DNA of 64,000 nt from Sminthopsis crassicaudata (GCF_048593235.1 NC_133621.1:201335238-201399237), one strand, 5' to 3'. Positions 12,793 through 25,958 are shown, counted from the stretch's first letter. Numbers and translations are program-made. Notes: a model not told the origin generated them from the sequence alone.

Positions 12793-13804
12793 GTTAGTAT
12801 TTTCTATTGATCATAACCTGTGATGTTTCAATAATGGTAAATAAGTTTTTACATAAATTTTAATTAGGAAGGACTGCTACTTAAAAAAAAAAAAAAAGAT
12901 ACAGCTTCCCTCTTTGCCATTTGTTATTTTCAAGTTTAATTGATATTGAAGCTACTTTTGTTTATAGGCCAAGCAGTTATAAAAGGTACATTTCTAGAGC
13001 TCAGTATCTTTTTATTTTTAATTCAAAGAGATGGCAAAAACGTGGGTTATTGTTGTATATGGAACTTTTTCCCCCATGTGATATGAAAGGTACATTGTAT
13101 GCTAAATTTTAGACATTGATCCACAAAATAAAAAGAAAAAAGAAAAAAAAAATCAGGATTCTGTCAGAGATTATATAGTTAGATTGGTGGTGGTAAAAAA
13201 AGGAAGTATTAATACTTTGTCAAAATAGGGCAATTGGCTTAGATAATTTAGACATTTTCAAAGAAAAAGAAATCTGAGTGACTTTTAAACTGTAGATTCC
13301 TATGCATGCCTTTTTTTCACCTCATGTTTAGTTTCAGTGGGAAATTATTGTGGATAAAATTATCAATGTTTAAACTTTTATCTTTTGAATCTGGGGATAA
13401 GCAGCATTTAGGTAATCCATTTCTCTTTAAATAAGTTGTCTTGAAGGTTTACATATCTTTTTTTCATTTCGCTTCCCTGTGGGAATGTCTGTTTACAAAA
13501 CTTATTCTTGCTATCTATATGTTGTGCGGAAAACAGATGTTTTATTTAGTGCCTTATTTGCATTAACTGCCAAAAACTTATTATATTGGTAAAAACTATG
13601 TTAATATGCAGTATTTTAATAATTTTATATGAATTATACTTTATAGGTTTGAATTTCGTATGAGTAATGCTTTAAAAGTTGTTTTTTTTTCCATTTTAGC
13701 AATGTTTTGATGAAAAACAATCTTTTTTTTTTCCTACTCTATAGTGTGGGCAAGATTAATTTTATTTTTCATAATGATAAAATGTCTAAAATTTGTCTTT
13801 TTAG

Positions 13805-13906
13805 TACAGGATTTACAGAACTCATTGAAATTAATTCAGTGATTAGGCAAAAGAGACAGGAACTGCAATTGTCATGGTTCCCTGATACATTACCTGGAAT
13901 TGCAAG
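13805..13906 (+). CDS. SCAF11: SCAF11 coding exon (exon 9)
   Basis: tttttag|T ACA...AG|gtaaaa, 102 bp, TGFTELIEINSVIRQKRQELQLSWFPDTLPGIAR (human LIRQKRHELELSWFPDTLPGIGR). Confidence 0.93.
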
Positions 13907-14544
13907 GTAAAATAAAATTTTTTTTTTTGCTTTAGTAATTAAATGTTGATAGTGAGTGAAGGAATTTAAGATTTAGATATATTCTCGAAAAGATATACAT
14001 CAGTTAAATAATTTTAAATCAGGAGGGCAGTTGCTGTTCAAGGTAGCTTATCAGTGATTAATTTTGTTACTTAAAAGTTGATGATATTAATGATTGTTAG
14101 TCACCTAAATAGTTTGTTTCAGAAGATTTTGGGATTTTGAATATGATACACTATCGTAGTTACCTATAGATTAACTTCATTAACTCTAGAGGCCACTATC
14201 ATAGTTAAGTTACCTACTTTCTAACTTTAGTGTCTGTCTAGTCAGCTCTCCTTTGTTAAGCCACCCAAGTTACTAACTCTAGACTAATTTTTCTTAATAC
14301 AATTTTTGTCTTGTTACTAAAAACCTACAATGCCTTCCTATTAAATCCTATTCAGACATGTATTTCAACACAATATGTTGAAGATACAAAGAGAAAAGAA
14401 AAACATATTTACCTCTACAGATCTATACAATCTAGTAAGGGAAAGAAAAGGTTCACAAAAAACAATTATACATATAGAAATGTGAAACAGGATGGTCAAA
14501 GAGAGTGGCATAAAATATTGAAAGAAATTTTTTTTTCCAAATAA

Positions 14545-15140
14545 GTTTTTTAAATTTTATTTTCAATTTATAGAATAAAACAGTCATTTCCATAACATAA
14601 ATACAGCAACCCCCAAAAAAGATTACTGTACATAACTTGCTGTTTCTTTCAAATATGCAAAATTATCATGTAATTTTTTTTTTCTTTTTTCCCCCTTCTT
14701 TCCTGTCCCCCCACCAATAGAGGTGGCTACCATCTGCTGTCCAAATAGGTATACATATGTAAAATTATTCTACACATATTTCCATTTATCAGTTCTTCCT
14801 CCAGATGCGTATACCATCTAATTTTCTATAGTTAATTTGGATTATTTATAATAAACGAAATAATTCACTCAAAAGTTGTTTTTAAAACAATTGTTGTTAC
14901 TGTGTACAATGTTCTCTTGGTGGTGATCATTTTGCTCTTCATTATTTCATGCAAGTCTTTACATGTTTTTTTAAAATCATTGAGCCCATCATTTCTTTTA
15001 GCACAGTAGTATTTCATCATAGTCATATACCATAACTTATTCAGTCATTCTCCTTGTAATTTCCAGGTTTTTGCCACCATAGAGAATTACTATAAATATT
15101 TTAAAACATATAGCTTCTTTTTCTTTTACCCTTATCATCT
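14545..15140 (-). mobile_element. Old L1 3'-end fragment
   Basis: ttttattttcaattt...cagtagtatttcatcatagtcatataccataacttattcagtcattctcc. Confidence 0.65.
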
Positions 15141-15473
15141 TTGGAATTCAGCGTTCTTAAAAAGGGAATCAGGAAGTTTTAATTGATGATTTTGAGACTG
15201 ATCAGGGACTTGAAGGATGAGAAGTGTTTCACTTAAACAGTAATTAAAAAAAAAAAAAGATTTATTATTTGCTATACATAAGATGAGAGGCAGCATTATG
15301 TAGTGGATAAAGGTCCTTTTTTGGAATCAGGAAGACCAGGGTTCATAAGTTATATAACAGTGGTCATTTACCCTGTCAGTGCCCCATTCATTTTTCCAAT
15401 GCTATTTAGTTAAGTTGAAAATGAACAGTAGTCTCTAACTTCAAGAGGCTTCTGTTCCACAGGGGGGGGTTAC

Positions 15474-15507
<34 letters not shown>

Positions 15508-16049
15508 CCTATAAATAAATAACGAGGAAGTGATGGCAATGAAATAAAATGGATACCAGAGAATTCTTATCTCCTCCTTGGCTTCTGGAAAATAAAAATA
15601 AGGATGGCAAAAAAAAAAGGGACATGTTTTGGAAGCTGATTAAGAATTCAGTTTTAAATATATTGAATTTAGAACTTGGAAGGCAATATTAGAAATATAG
15701 ATTTGAAAATCATTTACCATAGAATTGAGAGTGAATAAAACCATTAAGAAAAGTTATAGAAGAATAAGAACTGGTGTATAGAATTCACTTTTAGAAGGAT
15801 AAGTTTTAAGTTGTAAATTGTAAGAATCGCTGGTAGAAACCTGAATGGTAAAAAAAAAAACAAACAAACCCACCCCAAGATAATACATTAGTCTGAAAAA
15901 CTAAAGAAAGAAATTCTCTGTGATTCTAGATCCTGCAGAAAAGTTTGCAAAAAGGACATTGGAATTAGTGATTAAATATAATTAATGGTCTTGAAGGGCA
16001 TAGCTTTAATAGTATGATTGAGATGAAATTAAACTGAAAAGGAGTTGAA

Positions 16050-16138
16050 GAGTAAGTGAAATTGAGGGAGAGAATATATTTTAGTAACAACTTAGAGTGA
16101 GTGAAATTGAGGGAGAGAATATATGTTAGTAATAACTT
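16050..16138. repeat. 45-bp tandem duplication (two copies)
   Basis: gagt(a/g)agtgaaattgagggagagaatatat(t/g)ttagtaa(c/t)aactt at 16050 and 16095. Confidence 0.85.
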
Positions 16139-18806
16139 TTTTTTTCTTCTAGAACCATACTCAAATTTATATATCAATTCTCTTCTTGCTATTTAATGTT
16201 GTCTATGTCTACTCTTTCCTTATCACAGTTTATACTCTTATTATTGTTATGTTTTTCTCCACAATGTTTCCCTATTTGGAATACATTGTTCAATTCTCTA
16301 TTCTTCAAGACCTAATACCCACATTTAAGTCCTTTGACATAGTATTTGAAATGTCTCTGGAACATTTACTTTGAAATGTTCAGTGGACTTTTGTGAGGTC
16401 GAAATAGAACACAAGAGAGACTAGTGCCTGCTCTCTCTCTATATATATATACAGAGAAAGAGAGAGAGAGAGAGAGACTCATTTTAAAGACCCATATTGG
16501 ACCCATGAGAGTTGGAAAAGTCACTATTTATGAGAATATAGAAAATAAAGAATAGATGGCACAAGACAGAGCTTCAATAAGTAGTAAACATGACACATGT
16601 GAATATTCACAAGGGAGACATTGAATTTTTTCTTCTTTTGGTATACTTATTTTAATCATTTATTATTTTCATGGTTGTAAAATCAAGGGGAAAATTGTAA
16701 TTTTTGTTTCTTTCCAAGCATAGTGCTTAAGCAGATTTTTATTAATGTTCAATTGAATTAAAAGTCAAAGCAAATTGAACTAATTGGTACCAAGTGAGTT
16801 TTCTTAATAATATGTCTGAAATATGCTAAAGAACTAGTTTTATTTGCCAGTTTTCTTAGAGTACTGCATAAAATCATGATATTGCTGCAAGAACTGCTGA
16901 AACATTTAAGGAATGTGTAAATTAAATTTAAATAAGTAGAATAGTTAAAATATGCTTTGCAGTAAATTCTATTCTATATATCACTTTGTATTTTTACACA
17001 TATATAATGCACAAAAAATTTTTTTGAGCTTTTCACTATCCTCCCAAATATTAAATCCATGTATTCTGAAAGAAATCAGGAGACCAAAATTAGCTGTCAG
17101 AATGTAGTAGAAAAGAGAAACCCAAAAATAGATTGTTTGAATTCAACAAATGCAAATTATTTGTTTGGTCTTAATAAAAATGTAAGGATCTAGTCAGCCT
17201 ATGAGTGAGTAATAATTTGGATGTGTAGGCTAAATAAAACAATTATGGTAAAGTGCAAAATAACTGGAACAAAGTGAAATACTGAAATTATGTAATGTGC
17301 ATTGTCTTATAACCTTTACTATCCTTGGAAAACTTAGTACGTAATATATACCTTTATTCTTGTTGCGTGTTTTTTCTGATTTGGCACCGAATTTGCTAAA
17401 TTTTGACACATACATTAATTCTTCATCTGAAACCACATTTTTATCATGTGAAATATTTAATATGTCTTAGACAATTAGTCCATTTTTCAATGAGTTTGCA
17501 ATAGGGATTAAGCCAAGCAAGTTCTTGAGTCATTGAAGCCTCTTTACTTTCATCTCTTGAATAAATTTCTTAGCCTTTTATCTTATGTAGCATGATACAA
17601 GTTCATATTGAAATATATCATTTCCATTTGAGAATTTCTGTAATTCTGAAAAAATTCTGCTCCTCCACAAAAAATATACTTATTAGAATTCATCATTCCT
17701 TCAGTGTTAACTAAACTACAAGATACATTGGGAGTAAAAAAAAAAATAAAAATATTTTATCGTATGGATATTTTATAGCCTGACAAATATGATCACACCT
17801 TATAATGTCATTTGTACTTTTGAGAATAGTTTTAGTATAGGCTCAGATGAAAAGTAAATTTCACCAAAAAAGATTACCATATTCTAGTCCTTGCAACTCC
17901 ACTTTATTAAATTTCTTGTTGATTATAAGCAATTTATAAAAAAAAAAATCAAACATAAAACAATTCTTAACTTTTCTTCCATCTTCAAGATGTTTATACT
18001 GCAATATAGAGGAATCAGTAATAACCTCTCATTACCAAGTCTTTCTGGTAATTTTCTTTTTTTCTGAGAATTTTGAGGCTATTTAAAACAACAATTTGTT
18101 CTTGCATTTGTTTTTTAAACTTTTTTTCAGTTTGTGCAACTCAACCAGTTTCATTATGGGCTTGAAATATTTTTGAGGCATTTGATTTGCTCACACCAAT
18201 AGCAATTGTAATAACTAACAGTTCTTGAAATGTGCTCCTTAAGAGTCACCACTTTCATTTGTTGTGATATCTATTCTTTAAAACCAAAGAAAACACAACG
18301 AAGGGTATCAGTGAAACATGTTCACACAGAATGAAATCTGGTATCAGCTGATAACTTAAAAAAAATGAAGAAACCATTTTGATTTAATTTATGTAGTCAA
18401 AGCATTCTTTGTCAATTCAGAAAAGTACACATGTATGACTTGCTGTCACACAATGAAGTGCTATCAGATTTATGTTTAGTAACAAATAATTTGCACAATC
18501 CTATAGATAGTGTATAGCTGATTGTAACTCAAATGTTTTTTTACAGACAAAAACTGATGTAAATATTAATTACTTTTTTAGTCTCTCTGTACAAAAAAAA
18601 TTTAGTTTTCAAAGTTAATTTATTTGTGGTCTGTTGTTGACAGATAACCTAAAACCTGAAGATCACTTATTGATCATCATTAGGCATATATTTGCATTTT
18701 AATTACTTATTTATGTCATCATGATTTGAATAAATTTTACTTTAAAACATTTTGATATATATTTTGAAATGTTAATGTCAATTTGTTTGTATTTCAATTT
18801 TTTCAG

Positions 18807-18913
18807 AATTGGTTTCATTCCACGGATGGCAGGAGCTGAAATCCTTCCTCTTGTTTCCTCTTTGTTGCCAGGAACAATTTTTCCAATGAATACTATTTCT
18901 TTGGAAGATTTTG
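18807..18913 (+). CDS. SCAF11: SCAF11 coding exon (exon 10)
   Basis: tttttcag|A ATT GGT...TTT G|gtaaaa, 107 bp, IGFIPRMAGAEILPLVSSLLPGTIFPMNTISLEDF (human IGFIPWNVETEVLPLISSVLPRTIFP). Confidence 0.93.
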
Positions 18914-19018
18914 GTAAAATGTTAAAATAATTTTTTTTTTATTAAAAAAAAAAAAAAAAAAAAAAAGAAGTTTTTCCCTTTCAGTTGCATGGAAAAATAG
19001 ATAAGTTATGAAAACATA

Positions 19019-19295
19019 GCCGGGTGTGGTGGCGCATGCCTGTAATCCCTGCTACAGGGGAGGCTGAAGCTTGTGGATCATTTGAGCAAATTTTGAGCTG
19101 TAGTGGGGCTAAAGCCAATCAGGTGTCTGCACTGAGTCCAGCACCAATATGATGAGCCCCCAGGAGTGGGGACCCACCAGGCTGCATAAGGAGAGGCAAA
19201 CTTTGGAAAAGTTCAAAACTTCTGTGCTGATCAGTAGTGGGATCTGGCCTGTGAGTTGACACTGCACTTTCAGTCTGGGCAAGATAGGGAGACCC
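19019..19295 (+). pseudogene. Near full-length 7SL (SRP RNA) retrocopy with purine-rich tail to about 19362
   Basis: gccgggtgtggtggcgcatgcctgtaatccc...gtgctgatcagtagtgggatc...ctgggcaagatagggagaccc matches both Alu-domain halves and the S domain. Many substitutions and an internal deletion. Confidence 0.92.
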
Positions 19296-20013
19296 AGGGA
19301 AGGAGAAAGAGAAAGAAAAAGAAAGAAAGAAAAAAAGAAAAAAGAAAGAGGAAAAGAGAGAGAAAGACATTACAAAATTGTCCCAGTAAGTTAAATTGAA
19401 TCTCAAGCACCATTTATTGAATTTTTTGACAGTGATTTTGTTTCTGAAGAAATTTAAAAATTGATTTTAGACTTTTTTTGATTGACTGTTCTTTCATTAA
19501 GAATATAACAATATAAGTTGGGATTCAAAATTTTAAGCCCACCTCCATTAATCTTTTTTACTGACAAAAGGTATCAATTGCCTCTGTGGTTTCACTGGTC
19601 ATACAATAGGAATTGTGGTGGCCTCTAATTAATTTCTTCTTTAGAATTACTTTTGAGTAAATTACTTAGAATTTTTTCTGTGTATTGTCCCATGGTCTCT
19701 TCTTCCTAACTCAAAGCCAGTGATCCATAGTAAACATTTGTTTTCCCATATATAGTTATGTACTTGGACTATGATAATTAATATATGTATAGTGATTTGA
19801 GTACTGTTACTAAATAAACTGCAGAATTTCTAAACATTAATTTGGATTGTGAGGTCTTTTATTTTTAAAAAAAATATTGTTGTATATTTAAGCAACTATT
19901 ATATATGTTACGTTTAAGTATATTTATTACAGGTGTCTATTCAGTACATGTTTTTTTATATATATGTACATATATGTAAATGCACTTTTTAATTTTTAAA
20001 ATTTTGTTACTAG

Positions 20014-22719
20014 GATCACCTTGCAAGGAACATGTGCTAGCCCACACACAAGGGGGAGAGGAGAAAAAGCAAACTTCTGGCACATCAAATAGTAGAGGAA
20101 CAAGAAGAAAACCTGCAGAAACAACTCCTAGGAGAAGATCTACACGCAATATGAAAACTGAAACTGTCAGTCAGCCCCAGAATTCCCCGATTTCAAATAA
20201 CTCTGAGTGTGATGCCCCTGATAGCAATAATTCATCTATAAATGTTTCCACTTCAGCAGATTCAAAGAAGCAGAATAAATCAGTCACCAAAAGAAAGCCT
20301 AAGAGAAGAACTAGGAAGGCACCTGTAGTTAAAAAGAAGCTTCGAAGTTCATCATCTCTCCCTGAAAAGTCATCTTCTAGTGATTCAGCAGATGAAGAAG
20401 TTGTAGAGTCTGATACACTCGCCGTATTGGATAAAGAATCTATCTCAAATATAGAAAGTTGCAACTCTTGTGACATCATGCAAACAGATATAGAACAAGA
20501 ATCTCCTAATGCTTTGGAAAGTTTCGTTGAACATACAAACAGTGAGGAACTTAAAGAAAATTGTGAAAAAGAACTAGACACTGTAGAGAAGTCATATTCT
20601 GAATACTGTAACCAAGAACCTGCTGTGGTAGTTGAAGAAGAAAATAAGGAAATTGAAAGCAAGAATACCGATGCTGATATTTTGTATTTAGAAAATGAAC
20701 ATTCTAAGAATATTACTGAGAAACTAAATGAACCAATAGAAACTCAAAGTAAAGCACCTGAACCTGGAGAAGTTGAGATAAATGCAAGTGCACCTGTAGA
20801 AAGTCATCAGAATGAATTGCTTGCATATTCAAAATCCGAGGATGATGTACAACAGCTTAGTGATAGTCTCAGAAATGAATTATGTGAGAATTCAGAATCA
20901 AAAGTAAATGAAGATCAATGTAGAGAAAGTCTCAAAGTAAATACTCTTGACCATATTGATTCTGAGATAAAAATACCACATGTAGAGAGTTCTGTGGCTG
21001 AGTCCCTTAAGTGTGAAGAAACATTACCATTGGAAGATCTTACTCCTCAGAGCCCAAAAGTTGAATTACTTGATCATACAGAATTTGTTGAACTGGAGTG
21101 TCCTAGAAATGAAGAAAGCACAACAGTTTGTTCAAATAATGAAAATTTTAAAAGTGTTCAAGATAGTAACAGTTTGTTAAAAGATATTCTTCCATCAGAT
21201 AATGATAAATTAGACAAGTCTTTAGAAGAAAAGTCTGAATTTCTTAGTGCAGAGAATAAAAATACAGAATTGTCTAATTTAGATACTGAACAGCTCCCCA
21301 AACATTTTAATGAAGACAATAATGAAACAATACCTATGGAATGTGACTCATTTTGTAGTGACCAAAATGAATCTGAAAGTGAATTAACTGTCGGTGCTGA
21401 AATAAAACTGGAGGAAAGTTCTCAAGATAATACACAAGATTCTGATCTTGTAAGTGAAAAGAATGCAAAGCTTACTCATGAGGCTGAAAATTCTGTAGTT
21501 TCAGTGGATAAGGCTAAAAAACCTCGAACTAGAAGATCAAGATTTCATTCTCCATCTACAACATGGTCTCCTAGCAAAGAGATTGTACGAGAAAGGAAAC
21601 GATCTCAGTCTCGGTCTCCTAAAAAAGACATTGGAAAAGAACGCAGAAAATCTCATTCACAATCTCCTAAAATGGAAATTACCCGAGGTCGGAGGCGATC
21701 TCGGTCTCAATCTCGATCTCCAAAGAGGGATATTGCAAGAGAGAGGAAACGATCTCAATCTTGGTCTCCAAAAAAAGAGGAAAGTAGGAAGTCTCAGTCC
21801 CTTTCTCCTAAGAGAGACACTTCAAGAGAAAGCAGACGATCTCCATCAAGAACAAAAGATTCCCCCTCAAGAGAGAAATCTAGGTCTCGAAGTAGAGATA
21901 GAGAAAATGAAAGAGATGGGCAAAGAAGAGATCGGGTTAGGGAAAGAAGGGCCAGAAGGTGGTCTAGGTCTAGATCTCGTTCTCGATCATGTTCAAGATC
22001 TAGAACAAAAAGTAATAAGCCATCCTTTAGTAGAAATGACAGAGACAATTACTCTCCTCGGTGGAAGGAAAGATGGACAAATGATAACTGGAGGTTTCCC
22101 AGAGGAAATGATAGGTACAGAAAGAATGAACAAGACAAACAGAATGAAAATTTGAAAAAAGAAAAAAATGAGGTTAATCCAGATACTGATGAACAGTGTT
22201 CTGCTGACAAAAATAGAAATGATTGCCCAGACTGGATAACTGAAAGAATAAATTCTGGTCCTGACCCAAGGACTAGGAATACAGAGAAATTTAAAGATTC
22301 TCATTGGGAAGAAAATAGACATGATAATTCAGGGAAATCTTGGAATAAAAACTTCGGTTCCAGTTGGATGTCAAACCGGGGCAGAGGCAACCGAGGCAGA
22401 GGCACCTTCAGAGCAGGTTTTGGACATGCTGAACAGAATGAGAATAGATGGCAAAATAGAAAACCCCTCTCAGGAAATTCAAATAGTTCAGGGAACGAGT
22501 CATCAAAGTTTGCTGAACAGCAACCCTATAGGCGTAAAAGTGAGCAAGAATTTTCATTTGATACCCCTGCTGATAGGTCAGGTTGGACTTCTGCATCTAG
22601 TTGGGCTGTAAGAAAAACTTTGCCTGCTGATGTACAGAATTACTATTCAAGAAGAGGGAGGAATTCCTCAGGCCCACAGTCTGGATGGATGAGGCAAGAC
22701 GAGGAAACATCTGATCAAG
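20014..22719 (+). CDS. SCAF11: SCAF11 giant exon (exon 11): acidic region, RS domain, RG repeats
   Basis: ttactag|GA TCA...CAA G|gtagta, 2706 bp open, inside ORF 19980-22745. Contains MECDSFCSDQNES, KKPRTRRSRFHSPSTTWSP, WSRSRSRSRS and SGWTSASSWAVRKTLPADVQNYYSRRGRNSSGPQSGWM, all characteristic of SCAF11. Confidence 0.98.
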
Positions 22720-23748
22720 GTAGTATATTTTTACCTGTTCACTAATTATTTGTTAGTTTTTAAAAGAAGGTAATGATTGACAATTTTATCTATCACCATT
22801 CCTCTTTCCCCACATGCTTATTTATGATAGTGAAGTAAAGTTGAACTTCATTTATAATGTAAAAAACATTTAAATTGTAATAAGTTGAATTCCATATTTC
22901 ACAAGCATTCTCAAAAGAGTACTTAATTCAAGTAGTATTCAGTGCAGCAAAGTTTGATACCAAATCCTACTTTCTATAGAATTTGTCATTTAAAATAACA
23001 TAAATTTGAGCAGTTTGTGGAATTCATTAAATAGTTCAACCTATTCAGATGAGTGTACTAAAAATATTTCAGATTATAGTTTATATTCAAACTGACATTT
23101 GTTAGTTGAAAATATTTTTTTGTTTTGAAATCACTTTATCAAGTGTCAGGCAAATGTGAAATCATCTCTCCCCTGAAGAGGCCATTAAGCATTCATTTTT
23201 ATGTTTTATACAAGAAATACATTTGGTTAAAATTACAAAATCTTATATTTCCATTGACTAATAATTTTATCTAGCATTTACGGGCCATGACCATATGATT
23301 GTTTTTTAAATTGTAGTTTTTGTTTGATTTGTTGTTGTTAGGTGGCATCGGAAAATTATCCTGTGTCAAAAATTACATAAGAATTTGTAGGATTTTTATT
23401 GGTAATGGTCATAGTATTGAACAAACTTTGGATTTCTTTAACACTTTTGATAGACCTGTGATTCAATTTTTTAAAATGAACTTTGAATGTAGTATTTAGT
23501 TGTTCCTTACTGCCTAAATGAAGTTATAGTTTTGAATTTTACTAAATGCAAATATCATATCAGAAGATAGCTTTTTTTTTTTTTTTTTAATTTACTTATT
23601 TATTTATTTGTTTGTTTGTTTGTTTGTTTGGGGGCGGGGGGAGTAGCATATTTGGTGAGGGTTGAAGAACCATATATGTGTTGGGATATATCTGTGGATC
23701 AAAATGTAACTGACATTTTTTTAAAAGTAACTTTTTTCTTTCTGATAG

Positions 23749-24095
23749 ATCAAAACCTCAAAGACCAAACCAACCAACAAGGTGATGGTACTCAGCTTCC
23801 TATAACTATGATGCCGCAACAAATGAATGTAATGCAACAACAAATGAATGCACACCACCAAACTATGAATATCTTCCCATATCCAGTGGGTGTTCATGCT
23901 CCTTTGATGAACATCCAACGTAATCCATTTAACATTCATCCTCAGCTACCCATGCATCTCCATACAGGAGTGCCTCTCATGCAGGTAGCTGCTCCTACCA
24001 ATGTGTCTCAGGGATTACCACCACCACCACCCCCTCCCCCGCCATCCCAACAAGTCAACTACATTGCTTCACAGCCAGATGGAAAACAATCACAG
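23749..24095 (+). CDS. SCAF11: SCAF11 coding exon (exon 12), Q/M/P-rich with polyproline
   Basis: tctgatag|AT CAA...CAG|gtatgt, 347 bp, MNIFPYPVGVHAPLMNIQRNPFNIHPQLP...GLPPPPPPPPPSQQVNYIASQPDGKQ. Confidence 0.97.
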
Positions 24096-25023
24096 GTATG
24101 TTTTTTAGAAACTAAGATTTAAACAACACAATTACTTTGAAACAAAATTTAGCCAATGGTATCAGATGTCAAAGAAAAAACTTCTTGACATACAAAAAAT
24201 TGTTTTGACTAATCTTAATCATTTTCTTCTTCCCAATATTTAATATAAAAATGAATTGATAAGTTCTAAAATTTGTCTATATTGTCCCAAACCGATATGT
24301 ATGTATATACTTTCATTCAGCAGTCAGTCAGATGGCTATCTAATAATTACATTTTTAAATAATAATTTTTTTTTTGATAAAAATTGCAATCAAGTTGAAG
24401 GCTAAATTCTCTGTATTTATTTTAATGTTGTCTCCACATTATGGAGAAACATTTGGTGATGAAATAATGTGATGAAGCTTGTGTTGTCTTGTTCGGACAA
24501 ACTCTAGGTAAATACGTTCATTATCCATTAATGTCTGTCCTTCATATTCACCTGAAAACAAGGGGGAAGGTGAAGAAAATTTTGCCATTAGATTCTTGTA
24601 GGAATAAGTATTCTTGTTATTTTCATGCATCTATAGAATGAAATTGTTCTTACAAAGGTAGAAAATAAAAATTCAATGTAATGTCTGCATTCTAGAAATT
24701 TTTAGAAAACTGACAATAATGCAGTGAATTTTTTTTTCATAATTACTGAATTCATTTGGCCTTAATACCTCAAAAAAATTGTTTTTTGTTTTTTTTTAGG
24801 GTTAGGGTTTTTTTTTTAAGGCGTTTTCAGTCATAGATGTGATGAGTTATTTTCTTAAAAGATTTATACATAAAAGTCCTTAAACATCTATTTTCTGAGT
24901 TTTGTGAGATCCCAGAATTAAATGTATATTACATTGTATATTGTTGATATTTATATAACTTAAGAAATTTTCAAGTGTTGAATGCATGAAGAATAATTAA
25001 CTCCTGTTAAATCTTTAAAACAG

Positions 25024-25242
25024 GGTATTCCTAGTGCTTCTCATGTAGGTAATAATACAAGTACACCAGTCTTGCCTACTCAAACAGCAAACCCTGGAAA
25101 TATGGGACCATTTCAGGGACCAAGTTCTGGTAATACTTCATCATCAAGTCACAGCAAAGCTCCTAATGCTGGTGTAAAATTGGCAGAAAGCAAAGTAAGT
25201 GTTACAGTGGAAGCCAGCGCAGATAGCTCGAAGACAGACAAG
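25024..25242 (+). CDS. SCAF11: SCAF11 coding exon (exon 13), ending at a GC donor
   Basis: aaaacag|GGT ATT CCT...GAC AAG|gcaagt, 219 bp = 73 codons, GIPSASHV...KLAESKVSVTVEASADSSKTDK, in frame with KLQIQEK of the next exon. Confidence 0.93.
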
Positions 25243-25543
25243 GCAAGTTCAAAGTTTAGAGCAACATATACTAATTCTATGATGTTGAATATGTAAAGGT
25301 TAAACTATGTCAACTTTCTATCCTTGAAGTTAAAAGTTATTGTGCATGGTAGTTTTTTAGTGCTAAATAAAAATTAGTAAATAATAATGTTTTATTAGAA
25401 TTTTTAGAAACATTGTATTTGTTAAAAGCCAATTTTTAAAGAAAAGTTTTAATATTATAAGTTTGCAATGTTTTGAGACATGTTTTTAAATGTATGAGTT
25501 TGGCAGTACATAATTGAACCAGTAATTATCTTTCTCTTATTAG

Positions 25544-25663
25544 AAATTGCAAATTCAAGAAAAAGCAGCACAGGAGGTAAAATTAGCCATTAAGCCATTT
25601 TACCAAAATAAAGATATTACCAAGGAAGAATATAAAGAGATTGTGCGGAAGGCAGTAGATAAA
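25544..25663 (+). CDS. SCAF11: SCAF11 coding exon (exon 14), first half of the C-terminal SRI-like (Pol II CTD-binding) domain
   Basis: cttattag|AAA...AAA|gtaagt, 120 bp, [40 protein letters not shown]. Confidence 0.97.
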
Positions 25664-25958
25664 GTAAGTTAAACTCTTGTTGTGTTCTATATGATACAAG
25701 ATTGAGCCATCTGTAGTTTAACAAATATATTTAAACCAGTATTAAAATGTGCTAGGTCCTTTTTGTTGCTAATTTTTTAGAAAGTTATGGGGCATTATTA
25801 TTAAATTTTTAAATGTAATACTTTTGAGTCATTTGTTTTACATGAAACATATGAAAATAAGTTTGGTTGGCTCTAGGTATTTAGATCAAAGATATATAGT
25901 TACTGTCTTTTACAAATTAAAATCTTCATCCCCCCTCCCTCCCTTACTCCTGCTGTAG

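Noticed and set aside
21583-22155. 190-aa alternative-frame ORF and antisense ORFs (20171-20662, 21794-22048) over exon 11
   Set aside because: Non-ATG or shadow ORFs produced by the purine-rich RS/acidic coding bias. No recognisable protein.
19980-22745. 921-aa ORF as a standalone single-exon gene
   Set aside because: It is SCAF11 exon 11 (20014-22719) with read-through into the flanking introns. The splice sites and phases fit the neighbouring exons.
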